Shown: positions 18,252 to 26,541 of the stretch, one piece after another
How positions within the stretch are numbered: position 1 is the first letter of the stretch
Layout of the letters: each line of letters opens with the position of its first letter
Virus record (IMG/VR): IMGVR_UViG_3300045119_000370
Location: 53,743-117,742 of that record
DNA: 64,000 nucleotides
Source: a virus
Strand: one strand, 5' to 3'
Notes under the pieces: generated by a model
Seen by the model: the letters and a program-made list of their open reading frames with translations, nothing else
Database searches by the model: none
Told to the model about the DNA's origin: nothing
Program-made: the position numbers and the translations under genes

Positions 18252-19097
18252 ATGGACGATCTCAAGCAGCAGGCGCAAAGGCTGAAGGTTCTGTGGAAGA
18301 GCGGTCGCGATAAGTACGCATCGTTTTTCACTGTGTTGCGTGAAGTCAGGACGGTCGTCGGCGACGCCAAATTGTACAACTGGTGCTTTGACGAACTGCG
18401 CATCGCTTTGCCGGTTATCATGCGCTATCGCGATTTGCTGACCGAGACCGACGATCAAATCGTCAAGGACGAGTTGGCAGCTGCCACTGCGGTGGAGAAG
18501 AAGGAGCGCGAAGAAGCCAAGTTTCAGGCCGCACTCGAAAAGGCTCGCAAGGCAAAGCTGGTTGCCGAAGCCAAGGCCGAAGCCGCACGTGCCAAGGCGG
18601 CGTCGAAGGTCGAGGTGGCGCGTCTCAACACTGAGAAAAAGAAGGTCGAGGACACCGAGAAGGATCGACAGCGCAAGCGGGCGAGCAATACTGAGCGAGG
18701 CCCGGCCGCCAATGCCAAACGACGACGACGTGAGTTCACGTCGGGTCTTTCCGATGTCACGCTTGCCGAGTTGGAGAAGCGGTTCGCCGCCGCCGACAAG
18801 GTGTGCACTGACAGCCTCATATCGTGGACCGAGGGGTCGATAACCAAGGCACTGGTTCTGGCGGCGGCGAGAGAAAAGTTACGCGCCGACCAAGATTTCG
18901 GGGCGTGGGTAGATCGGTTTTCTAACGCTAGAAAACCGAGCGTTCAGGACCGCGCTGCACTGGTTAGTCTTGGTCGTCTCGGCGAAGCGCGCCTGCGTGA
19001 AATCCTGATGAGCACTGAGAGTCGGTCGTACCAGTTGATCTGGGAGAAGAACAAGCCGAAGCTCGAACTGGTCGAGGACGAAGCGGCAGTCTCGTGA
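18252..19097 (+). CDS. Hypothetical protein with central K/A/E-rich coiled coil
   Basis: 281 aa, GGAGG RBS. Confidence 0.7.
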   Translation: MDDLKQQAQRLKVLWKSGRDKYASFFTVLREVRTVVGDAKLYNWCFDELRIALPVIMRYRDLLTETDDQIVKDELAAATAVEKKEREEAKFQAALEKARKAKLVAEAKAEAARAKAASKVEVARLNTEKKKVEDTEKDRQRKRASNTERGPAANAKRRRREFTSGLSDVTLAELEKRFAAADKVCTDSLISWTEGSITKALVLAAAREKLRADQDFGAWVDRFSNARKPSVQDRAALVSLGRLGEARLREILMSTESRSYQLIWEKNKPKLELVEDEAAVS

Positions 19098-19372
19098 ATC
19101 GACCAACCCCGGACGCCGAGATGAACCTGCGCTTCGCGTGGGCAGTGTTGATGCTCGGCATGAACCAGCACGACGTCGCCGCACTGTTTGGCGTCAATGG
19201 TGGGCGGGTGGCGGAAGCGGTGCAAGCCGTGCGCCGAGCGATCCACGAACCGCTCCGCGTCGCCAAGCTGCCGCCCACCCTCGACGAGCTACAGGAGATT
19301 CTGAACCTGCCTGAACCGGACGTGAAGGTGCTGCCGGACGGGACGACCGCGCCAATGGAGGGGAGTGCGTAA
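19094..19372 (+). CDS. Putative HTH protein
   Basis: MNQHDVAALFGVNGGRVAEAV. Confidence 0.55.
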   Translation: MNRPTPDAEMNLRFAWAVLMLGMNQHDVAALFGVNGGRVAEAVQAVRRAIHEPLRVAKLPPTLDELQEILNLPEPDVKVLPDGTTAPMEGSA

Positions 19373-19374
19373 CC

Positions 19375-19605
19375 ATGCCGATGGTCTTCATTCAGAACCC
19401 GCAGCGGCTTAAGGACGAACTGGGCTTTTCGGGCATCGGCCCGGAGGACAGGCCGAAGCCCGGTGATCTGCCTACGGCAGGAGAAGTCTTTGCCGTCATG
19501 TCGCGTGTACGGGTGGACAAGGCTACCACCACCATTACTCGCGGGACGCCTGTCCGCCGCCCGCGCAAGAGCAAGCGTATACGGCCGGCGCGTCCCGCCG
19601 ATTAA
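19375..19605 (+). CDS. Hypothetical protein
   Basis: 76 aa, GGAG RBS. Confidence 0.45.
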   Translation: MPMVFIQNPQRLKDELGFSGIGPEDRPKPGDLPTAGEVFAVMSRVRVDKATTTITRGTPVRRPRKSKRIRPARPAD

Positions 19606-19871
19606 GTGGTGGCGTCCTCGACGATTACGCCGGCCGCCTCCATGTAGCGTTTGATGCCCTCGTAGTCGCCCTGTTGCTGCTCGGCCAGTTCGTCGGCCGA
19701 GCAGGGCATCCCCGCCACGTAGGGCATGCGCGCCGTCAGGACGAGCTTGTTGTTGCCGCGCTTGGTGAACATCAGCCCACTGCGCGGAACACCCCAGACG
19801 CCGCCGTCGGCGATGATCCTGAAGTGGTTGCGGGACCATTCGATGTGGTCGGGATCGAGCTTGTCGGTCAT
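19602..19871 (-). CDS. Hypothetical protein
   Basis: 89 aa, coupled to 19868..20191. Confidence 0.6.
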   Translation of the reverse strand: MTDKLDPDHIEWSRNHFRIIADGGVWGVPRSGLMFTKRGNNKLVLTARMPYVAGMPCSADELAEQQQGDYEGIKRYMEAAGVIVEDATT

Positions 19872-20191
19872 GGCTGGTTCTCGTCTGATTCTGGGATGGG
19901 CCAGAAGCCGAAGTCGGAGCCGTCGCCTTCATGTGCGCCGAAGCACAGACCATGCTGGGCGGCGATCTCGTCGAGGGAGTCTTCCAGTTCAGCCACTATT
20001 TCGCTGGCTTCGTCGCCATCGATGATATTGGTGGTCATGGCTTGCACCGCTTCGAACGCTTCCATGACCAGCTTGGCGTTGCCCTCGCCGCTGCCGTAGG
20101 TGTTGAGCGCGTCGGCAAAGGCGACGAGCAGGTCTTCAGTACGGAGGGTGCCGTGGCTGATGGTGCCGACGGTGGGGATAAGTGTGGTCAT
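19868..20191 (-). CDS. Acidic phage hypothetical protein
   Basis: GTISHGTLR...FGAHEGDGSDFGFW; GGAAGGG leader. Confidence 0.7.
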   Translation of the reverse strand: MTTLIPTVGTISHGTLRTEDLLVAFADALNTYGSGEGNAKLVMEAFEAVQAMTTNIIDGDEASEIVAELEDSLDEIAAQHGLCFGAHEGDGSDFGFWPIPESDENQP

Positions 20192-20289
20192 TTCCTGTTC
20201 CCTTCCTGTGAGTAACCTGTGCTCACACTTGGTCTCTTGTAAAGCCGATTACAAGCCCTATCTTGGCTGGGCCAGACGGGAGAATTCAA

Positions 20290-20739
20290 ATGCTGACGCT
20301 CAATGACATTGGTCTGCACGAGCAGGTGTTCACTCACGTGTACGAGGGTGTCGCCACCATGGTGGCCGCCGAGCGTATGCAGAAGTCGGACGAGTACAAG
20401 GCACTGGAGATCGTGGTCACTCCGGTCGAGGAGCACTTCGCCAAATGGTGCATGGAGAATCGCGGCATCGAGCAGCGCCGGTTGGACCGGATCACACTGC
20501 AACACTTGATTATCAGCCCGCTCTGTTACTGCGAGTTCCCGCGCCCGGAGTCGCTCGGTGGCGGTATGGCGCATATGCTGACCGACGGCAACCATCGTTA
20601 CGTCAAGGCGTCGATGCTGGGCATGTTGGCGCTGCCGGCACGCGTCGCACCTGAGACACTGTGGCGGAAGTTTCAGGTCGATGGCATCCCGGTCGAGATC
20701 GCCGAGTTCTTCGTCGAGAACGATTCTGGTATCCCTTGA
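20290..20739 (+). CDS. ParB/Srx-like domain protein
   Basis: HMLTDGNHRY motif; GGAG RBS. Confidence 0.6.
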   Translation: MLTLNDIGLHEQVFTHVYEGVATMVAAERMQKSDEYKALEIVVTPVEEHFAKWCMENRGIEQRRLDRITLQHLIISPLCYCEFPRPESLGGGMAHMLTDGNHRYVKASMLGMLALPARVAPETLWRKFQVDGIPVEIAEFFVENDSGIP

Positions 20740-20791
20740 GCATTGCCAAACCGACACGAGGCGTTTAGGCTTATCGACGAGAGGACACATC

Positions 20792-21037
20792 ATGGTAATC
20801 AAGGGACACCGTAACTTCGGTCTGAAGCTTGGTGCGACCGGCACCTTCCCGAAAGGGAAGCTGGACGAGACCGACGAGGGCGCACTTACCTTTGCTGTGG
20901 CACGTGATGGTGACAACGTGCGCATAGATTTCGGTACCCCGGTGGCGTGGCTGGTCTGCCCGTTGGAGACCGCCATCGACTTTGCCAAGGCACTGCTCAG
21001 TGCGTCCGGCGTCACCTACCAGATCGACGATGAGTGA
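20792..21037 (+). CDS. Phage hypothetical protein
   Basis: GATGTFPKGKL...DEGAL...VRIDFGTPVAW; GAGGA RBS. Confidence 0.65.
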   Translation: MVIKGHRNFGLKLGATGTFPKGKLDETDEGALTFAVARDGDNVRIDFGTPVAWLVCPLETAIDFAKALLSASGVTYQIDDE

Positions 21038-21136
21038 GGTTTCGGCATGGTTGGCACTTTCCATGCCGGAAAGGCGGGACCGGCCAACGCCCCCTAAGCT
21101 ACCGCCGGTCCCGTTCTTCCCTCTTGGAGTTGGTAG

Positions 21137-21418
21137 ATGACTGAGAATCCTGCAATGACCGATGGTCCGATGTTCCCCGGTCGCACGTGTATCAGCTGCG
21201 GCAAGCTCAACGACCAAGCGACCGACCCTTTGGAGGAGGTGCAGCCGAAACCCGGCGACGTCTCGATCTGTTTTTACTGTGGGCATATCGCTGTATTCAC
21301 TCTCGACTTGACACTGCGTGAACCCAATTTGGAGGAGGCGCGCGACATTGCCGGTAACCCCGAAATACTGAGTTATCAGCGCGCCCGTGCGGCGGCCATG
21401 GCAGAGTGGAAAAAATGA
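21137..21418 (+). CDS. Zn-binding hypothetical protein
   Basis: CISCG and CFYCG. Confidence 0.6.
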   Translation: MTENPAMTDGPMFPGRTCISCGKLNDQATDPLEEVQPKPGDVSICFYCGHIAVFTLDLTLREPNLEEARDIAGNPEILSYQRARAAAMAEWKK

Positions 21419-21798
21419 CTGACGAGCAGTTCGACCCGGTCGTGAGTGTGTCGAAGAGCTATCAGCGCAGGACCGACGCCGAGCTTGAGCAGCTGGCGCA
21501 GGACATCATTGCGGGCAAGGTCTTCACCTCGATGCAGGTCGAGCACACCAGCCAAATCCCCATGGTGTTCATGATTATGTCGTTCCTCAGTGCGGACGAC
21601 GTCGAGTGGATGAAGGCGCACGGCATCAGTTTCATGTACGAGTACATGGACAAGGCGAGTCCGCGCTCGGTCAACGGCTACCCGTGTTTCTTGTCCATGC
21701 AGTATCTCGACGGCAAGGACGCTGATAGGCTCGGTAGGCGCTACGACGAGATCAAGAACTTTTTAGCCGCACGCACGGTTGGAGATTCCAAGCCGTGA
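21415..21798 (+). CDS. Hypothetical protein
   Basis: Coupled overlaps; YEY..KA.PRSVNGYPCF. Confidence 0.65.
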   Translation: MTDEQFDPVVSVSKSYQRRTDAELEQLAQDIIAGKVFTSMQVEHTSQIPMVFMIMSFLSADDVEWMKAHGISFMYEYMDKASPRSVNGYPCFLSMQYLDGKDADRLGRRYDEIKNFLAARTVGDSKP

Positions 21799-22064
21799 AC
21801 GTAGAAACCGATCTCAAGGTGGGCGACGTCGTCACGGTCAAAGGCAACGCTCTTTTCCCGGACGATATTTTTCAGTCGAAGATCGTCTCCATTGGTCAGT
21901 ACCCCTCGATGTGGTTGCCGTTCGGCGAGAAGCGTTGGGGCGCAACTTTCGAGGCGACGTCGCTGGACGAGGACGGCAAGAACCCGATGGTCTACGAATC
22001 GTCACCGATGCGCGCCGAGCAGTTTTGGTGGTTCGCCGATCACTGGGAGATACAGCTGCGATGA
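21795..22064 (+). CDS. Hypothetical protein
   Basis: 89 aa, coupled overlaps. Confidence 0.55.
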   Translation: MNVETDLKVGDVVTVKGNALFPDDIFQSKIVSIGQYPSMWLPFGEKRWGATFEATSLDEDGKNPMVYESSPMRAEQFWWFADHWEIQLR

Positions 22065-22504
22065 TCCTGAGCATGGAGTCGATCTACGCACGCAAGCCGT
22101 TGACGCCAATCGTAGCCAAAGGCTATCAGAACGGACTGTCTTACGGTTTGTCGAACGCCAGCTACGACGTGCGCATCGATCAGAACATGGTCCTGTGGCC
22201 CGGCCGCTTCGCGCTCGCCTCTACCATCGAGGTGTTCAGTATGCCGGACGATCTCGCTGGTGTCGTCATGGACAAGAGCACCAACGCACGGCGTGGACTG
22301 TGCGTGCAGAACACGTTCATCGACCCGGGCTTCCGTGGCTGGCTGACCGTCGAACTGACCAATCACTCATGGCGCTTCATCCGCTTGCAGCAAGGCGACG
22401 CCATTGCGCAGGTCGTCTTTCACCAGCTGGATCATCCGACCAAGGGCTATTCCGGCAAGTATCAGGACCAGCAGCGTGGCGCGCAGTTCCCGAGGTTCTC
22501 ATGA
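22061..22504 (+). CDS. dcd: dCTP deaminase / trimeric dUTPase family protein
   Basis: SYGLSNASYDVR, DKSTNARRGL, IDPGFRG.LTVEL, IAQVVF, YSGKYQ.Q. Confidence 0.85.
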   Translation: MILSMESIYARKPLTPIVAKGYQNGLSYGLSNASYDVRIDQNMVLWPGRFALASTIEVFSMPDDLAGVVMDKSTNARRGLCVQNTFIDPGFRGWLTVELTNHSWRFIRLQQGDAIAQVVFHQLDHPTKGYSGKYQDQQRGAQFPRFS

Positions 22505-22719
22505 CCCGTATAGAACACTTAGCATGGTGCAAGCAGCGCGCACTCGAATATCTCGACCGTGGCGACCTGACCAACGCGCTCTCTTCGATGATGTCGGACA
22601 TGCGTAAGCACCCGGAGAATGCCGGCGCGATTCAGGGTATGCTACCCATGGTGGGGATGCTGGCGGTACAGCAGCACGACCGTGAAGGGCTGCGTTATTG
22701 GATAGAGGGATTTAACTGA
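22501..22719 (+). CDS. Phage hypothetical protein (MTRIEHLAWCKQRALEY...)
   Basis: ATGA overlap; 72 aa. Confidence 0.65.
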   Translation: MTRIEHLAWCKQRALEYLDRGDLTNALSSMMSDMRKHPENAGAIQGMLPMVGMLAVQQHDREGLRYWIEGFN

Positions 22720-22922
22720 TGGCGACCGACCGCATGATGCAGTTCTTCGAGTACAAGCACTTGCCCGAGCACTTGCAGATCGTCTCGGCGCGCTTCTCCG
22801 AATTGGCCACGTGGATGGTCGACATGCTGCCGCAGAACGCCGAGCGCACCGCCGGCTTGCGCAAGCTGTTGGAGGCCAAGGACTGCGCCGTGCGCGCCAA
22901 GCTCTACAAGGAACCCGAATGA
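22719..22922 (+). CDS. Small helical-hairpin protein resembling Acb2/Tad1-type signal sponges
   Basis: FEYKHLP..LQ..S..F.ELA......LP...ERTAGLRKLLEAKDCAVRA; resemblance judged by eye. Confidence 0.45.
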   Translation: MATDRMMQFFEYKHLPEHLQIVSARFSELATWMVDMLPQNAERTAGLRKLLEAKDCAVRAKLYKEPE

Positions 22923-23142
22923 GTTTCCGACGAATGTCGGTCATGGTGGGCGGCCACACCGCCCCTTCTAGCTAGGGAGCCTCAAAGATTCTTTTGCCGG
23001 ATTCGGTTGTGAGCATCACAACGCGAATCCCTCTCAGTCATCCAACTGAGAATACTGGAATGCCGCCTGAGCCAAGGCGGTCGTGTGCGAATCCCTCCCC
23101 GGACCCGCCCTGACTGTCTTGGCTCTTTTCCCCGAGCTATCA

Positions 23143-24177
23143 ATGGTGCGCGCATTGGCTTTCGATTTTCTCGAATTCTTCCGCCGTCATCGCATCGAGT
23201 ATGCGACCAGCGGCCCGTCGGTGACCAAGAACAACGTCGCCATACACTGTCCTTTCTGTGGTGGGTCCGATCACAGCCAGCACATGGGTGTCAGCCTACT
23301 CGGCAAGGGGTGGCGCTGTTGGCGCAACCCCGGTGAGCACAAGGGCCGTCACCCGTTCCGGCTGGTCAGGGCGCTCTTGGGCTGCTCGACTGCCGAGGCC
23401 ATGCGGATTACTGGATCGTCGCATGTGCCGGTGTCCACGGACCTTCTGGAGCGTGTCAGAGGTTTATTGGAGCCGGAAGAGGCCGGCGAGGAGGAGTCCG
23501 AGCCACCGGACCTGCCAGCCACGTTCCGCCGCCTGATCGATGGTCTGCCGGCGTCGCGGCCGTATCGTGAGTATCTGGCGACGCGCGGCTACACCGACGA
23601 AGACCTGCCATGGCTGGATTGGCTGGGCCTGCGCTATGCCACCCGGGGAGCGTGGAAGGGTCGCATCCTGTTTCCGGTGTGGGTTTATGGCACACTGATG
23701 TCGTGGACCGGTCGCACCATCTGGCCAAGCGAGGAACTGCGTTATCGGACACTGTCAATCGACCCGGTGAAAGCCAAGTATGGCGGCGACCGCCCGGCGC
23801 TGGGACCGATCAATCATAACCTTCTATGGCACGATAGACTGCTCGACTCCGACGCCAACACCTTGGTTGCGGTCGAAGGGCCGTTTGACGCACTGCGGGT
23901 GATGCAGGTGGCCGGTGACGATGGTGTCGACGCTACCTGTCTGTTCAGTGCGCTGCCCACCGAGGCGCAGGTCAATCTGCTCTACGACGTCCTGCCGCGC
24001 TTCAAGCGTAGTTACTTGCTGCTCGACAACGACATGATGCACACCTCGTTGCGCGTCGGTTGGGACCAGCTGTCTGCGATTGGACTGGAGCCACGCTTTT
24101 TGCCGCGCGGTTTGAAAGACCCCGGCGACGTCAGGTTAACACGTGATCGGCTTTGGTCCGCACTCGTAACAAACTGA
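23143..24177 (+). CDS. DNA primase (Zn finger + Toprim)
   Basis: CPFC...WRCW Zn finger, VEGPFD, LLDND, KDPGD. Confidence 0.85.
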   Translation: MVRALAFDFLEFFRRHRIEYATSGPSVTKNNVAIHCPFCGGSDHSQHMGVSLLGKGWRCWRNPGEHKGRHPFRLVRALLGCSTAEAMRITGSSHVPVSTDLLERVRGLLEPEEAGEEESEPPDLPATFRRLIDGLPASRPYREYLATRGYTDEDLPWLDWLGLRYATRGAWKGRILFPVWVYGTLMSWTGRTIWPSEELRYRTLSIDPVKAKYGGDRPALGPINHNLLWHDRLLDSDANTLVAVEGPFDALRVMQVAGDDGVDATCLFSALPTEAQVNLLYDVLPRFKRSYLLLDNDMMHTSLRVGWDQLSAIGLEPRFLPRGLKDPGDVRLTRDRLWSALVTN

Positions 24178-24213
24178 TTGCTTCACCGACTTTGTATGTG
24201 CTAAAGGAGACTG

Positions 24214-24438
24214 ATGATGGTGGAGCGTGAGCGCATACGTGGTGGTGGTTCAATACGTGACCGCATCCGGCTCATGGTCATCGACGACGAAGAGATCAAG
24301 ACCAAGGACATCATAGCCAAGCTGAAGCCGAAGAACGATCCGAAGGCCGAGATGCCCTCTAAGTTCCTGATCGAGTCCCTGCGTAACGACACCCGTCAGA
24401 CGCTGCGCCTACTGAGAGAGTTAGGTCGGATCAGATAA
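24214..24438 (+). CDS. Small putative winged-helix protein
   Basis: AAAGGAG RBS; similar to C-terminus of the next ORF. Confidence 0.6.
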   Translation: MMVERERIRGGGSIRDRIRLMVIDDEEIKTKDIIAKLKPKNDPKAEMPSKFLIESLRNDTRQTLRLLRELGRIR

Positions 24439-24439
24439 G

Positions 24440-24468
24440 CTTGAAACTTGCATTCCACACTGTTACAT
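24440..24468 (+). promoter_or_regulatory. Promoter
   Basis: CTTGAA-N17-TTACAT. Confidence 0.45.
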
Positions 24469-24525
24469 AGTGTGTTTAAGGGTCCGGCTGTTCGGCCCTG
24501 CAAGGCAAGGAAAAAGGAAACGTTA

Positions 24526-25191
24526 ATGGCGAAGACGATAGAAGCCGAAATCCTCGAAGTGTATGACGCGGCTGGACAGAAGCGTAACGAGGACGACCAG
24601 ACCTACTGGGCGCGGCTCGTGCAGACTTCGGTCGAGGGTACCGACGAGCAGTGGAAGCAGTTGGAGGCCCCGGCGCAGGAGTGGATCAACGCTGGCGTCA
24701 CCGCCAAGAAGCGCGGCACTGATTACATTCCCTTCCCCGATGCGCCCAAGCCCGAGCCAGTGGTCGAGAAGGAACCCGAGCAGGATCGTTTCCGGGTTCG
24801 AGAGGTGAAGGCCACCAAGCCGGCGGCGGAACCAGAGCCGGTACAGGCGGCATTGCCCCCGGCCCGACGTCGGCGTACTCGAACCGCAGCGCCGGCACCG
24901 ACGCCGATCCCGGCCGCAACGGCTGAGCCGGCAGCGGCAGCGCCTAAGCAGCGGCGAGCGCGCGGCCCCAACAAAGGCAACGGCAAGAGCAAGAAGCCGG
25001 GCGTCTACGCTCATACGCAGGAGTACGTGGTCAAGCACCCCAATGCCTCTACGCAGGACATCATGGCGGCTTTGACCAAGAAGGGAATCGTTCCGAAGCA
25101 GAACACTGTGCAGTCGGTGCGTGGTCACACGCGCGATACCATCAAGGTGATGCAGCGCGTGCACGAGACCGACTTTGGTCTCAAAGTTTGA
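24526..25191 (+). CDS. Putative nucleoid/DNA-binding protein (two domains, Pro/Ala/Arg linker)
   Basis: AAAGGA RBS, low-complexity linker, own terminator. Confidence 0.65.
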   Translation: MAKTIEAEILEVYDAAGQKRNEDDQTYWARLVQTSVEGTDEQWKQLEAPAQEWINAGVTAKKRGTDYIPFPDAPKPEPVVEKEPEQDRFRVREVKATKPAAEPEPVQAALPPARRRRTRTAAPAPTPIPAATAEPAAAAPKQRRARGPNKGNGKSKKPGVYAHTQEYVVKHPNASTQDIMAALTKKGIVPKQNTVQSVRGHTRDTIKVMQRVHETDFGLKV

Positions 25192-25210
25192 CGTTAGAGA
25201 TCGTTTGATA

Positions 25211-25245
25211 GGCTGGTGAGCCGGGCAGGTTCACCAGCCTTTTTC
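25211..25245 (+). terminator. Intrinsic terminator
   Basis: GGCTGGTGAGCC...GGTTCACCAGCC then TTTTT. Confidence 0.8.
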
Positions 25246-25259
25246 ATGGGGACAATCAT

Positions 25260-26354
25260 ATGAAGCGTAAAGACCTGCTTGACTTGTTGGCCGAGGTGCG
25301 GCCGGCATTGGCGACGAGTGAATCGCTCAGTCCGCTGTTCACCCATTACTGCTTCGATGGCAAATATCTGACGGCCTACAACGGTGCAAGTTTGGGGGTC
25401 ACGGTACCCTTCACCAGCCCGTTCAAGGGTGGCGTCCCCGGCAAGACGCTCGACGATCTGCTGACCCACATCAGCGACGACGATGTGACCATCACACCGG
25501 GCAACGGCAATATCGAGATCAAGGCCGGCAAGGCCGTGATGACGCTGGCCACCATCCCGGCCGACGATCTTGCTTCGGTGTTCGAGAAGGAGTTCTCCGA
25601 GGCCGAGGGTCAGGAGATCAAGGCGACCGGCAAGGAGTTGCTCGGCGCGGTCAGCTGTTGCCTCAACTCGCTGGGAGCCGACGCCGGCCGAAGCGACCAG
25701 ACCGGACTCCTGTTCCGCCGCGACAAGGACTTTCTGGTGGTCTACGGCTTCAACAACATCTCGTTGTCGGTGGCCGAGGTGCCACTGGATGGTGACAGTC
25801 GGGGACTGTCCGAGGAAGGCGTCCTCCTGCCCGGCGTGTTTTGCAAGCGGATGGTCGATTACCTCAAGGCCGACAATGCCGTGCGCTTCGAGATCGGCGA
25901 GCGCTATGCGATGTTTTCCACCGGAAAAGTAAACGTTTACGGGACTTTAATTCCGCGTCCGACTAAGATTGATTACGACAAGATTTTGGACGATAATTTC
26001 CCCACAGCGGATTCGAAAAAGCTTGTCGCCATCCCGGACGGCCTGAAAAAGGCGCTCGAACGGGCTTGCGTCATCGTCAATACCAAGCTTGACGGAAAGC
26101 TGAGAACGGAGGTCGAGGTGAAGGCTGGCACTGCCAGATTGTTTTCACGCTCGGCTCGTGGCGAGGTCGAGGACATCGTCGAGCTTCCCAATCATCCCGA
26201 TGTCAAGCTGGCCATCGATCCGCGACCGGTGCTCGACGCGATGCCGTTTTTCGGTGTTGGTGGTCGAGTGCTGTTCGAGCATAAGTGTGCAGTGTTGAAC
26301 CGTAAGGCGCAGACCTACATGGTCGCCGCCTTCCAACCTTCCAACAATAAGTAG
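25260..26354 (+). CDS. dnaN: DNA polymerase III beta-clamp-like sliding clamp
   Basis: 364 aa, three-domain size, L.AYNG / YGFN / DY.KIL / LKKALER pattern, beside polymerase. Confidence 0.7.
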   Translation: MKRKDLLDLLAEVRPALATSESLSPLFTHYCFDGKYLTAYNGASLGVTVPFTSPFKGGVPGKTLDDLLTHISDDDVTITPGNGNIEIKAGKAVMTLATIPADDLASVFEKEFSEAEGQEIKATGKELLGAVSCCLNSLGADAGRSDQTGLLFRRDKDFLVVYGFNNISLSVAEVPLDGDSRGLSEEGVLLPGVFCKRMVDYLKADNAVRFEIGERYAMFSTGKVNVYGTLIPRPTKIDYDKILDDNFPTADSKKLVAIPDGLKKALERACVIVNTKLDGKLRTEVEVKAGTARLFSRSARGEVEDIVELPNHPDVKLAIDPRPVLDAMPFFGVGGRVLFEHKCAVLNRKAQTYMVAAFQPSNNK

Positions 26355-26541
26355 GCATGACCGGCCCAAGCACCCCACGCTTGGGCTATGCCGTCTCGGC
26401 ACTGATCCCCCTTCGTTAACTGACTACCAATGGAGATGTCGCCATTTCCATGGACCTACCCTTTACGCCGATTTTTGACCAGTACCCATAGCGTACACTT
26501 GTCCCCGCGTTTTGACCGTCAAAATTTGAGAGGATGTCGCA

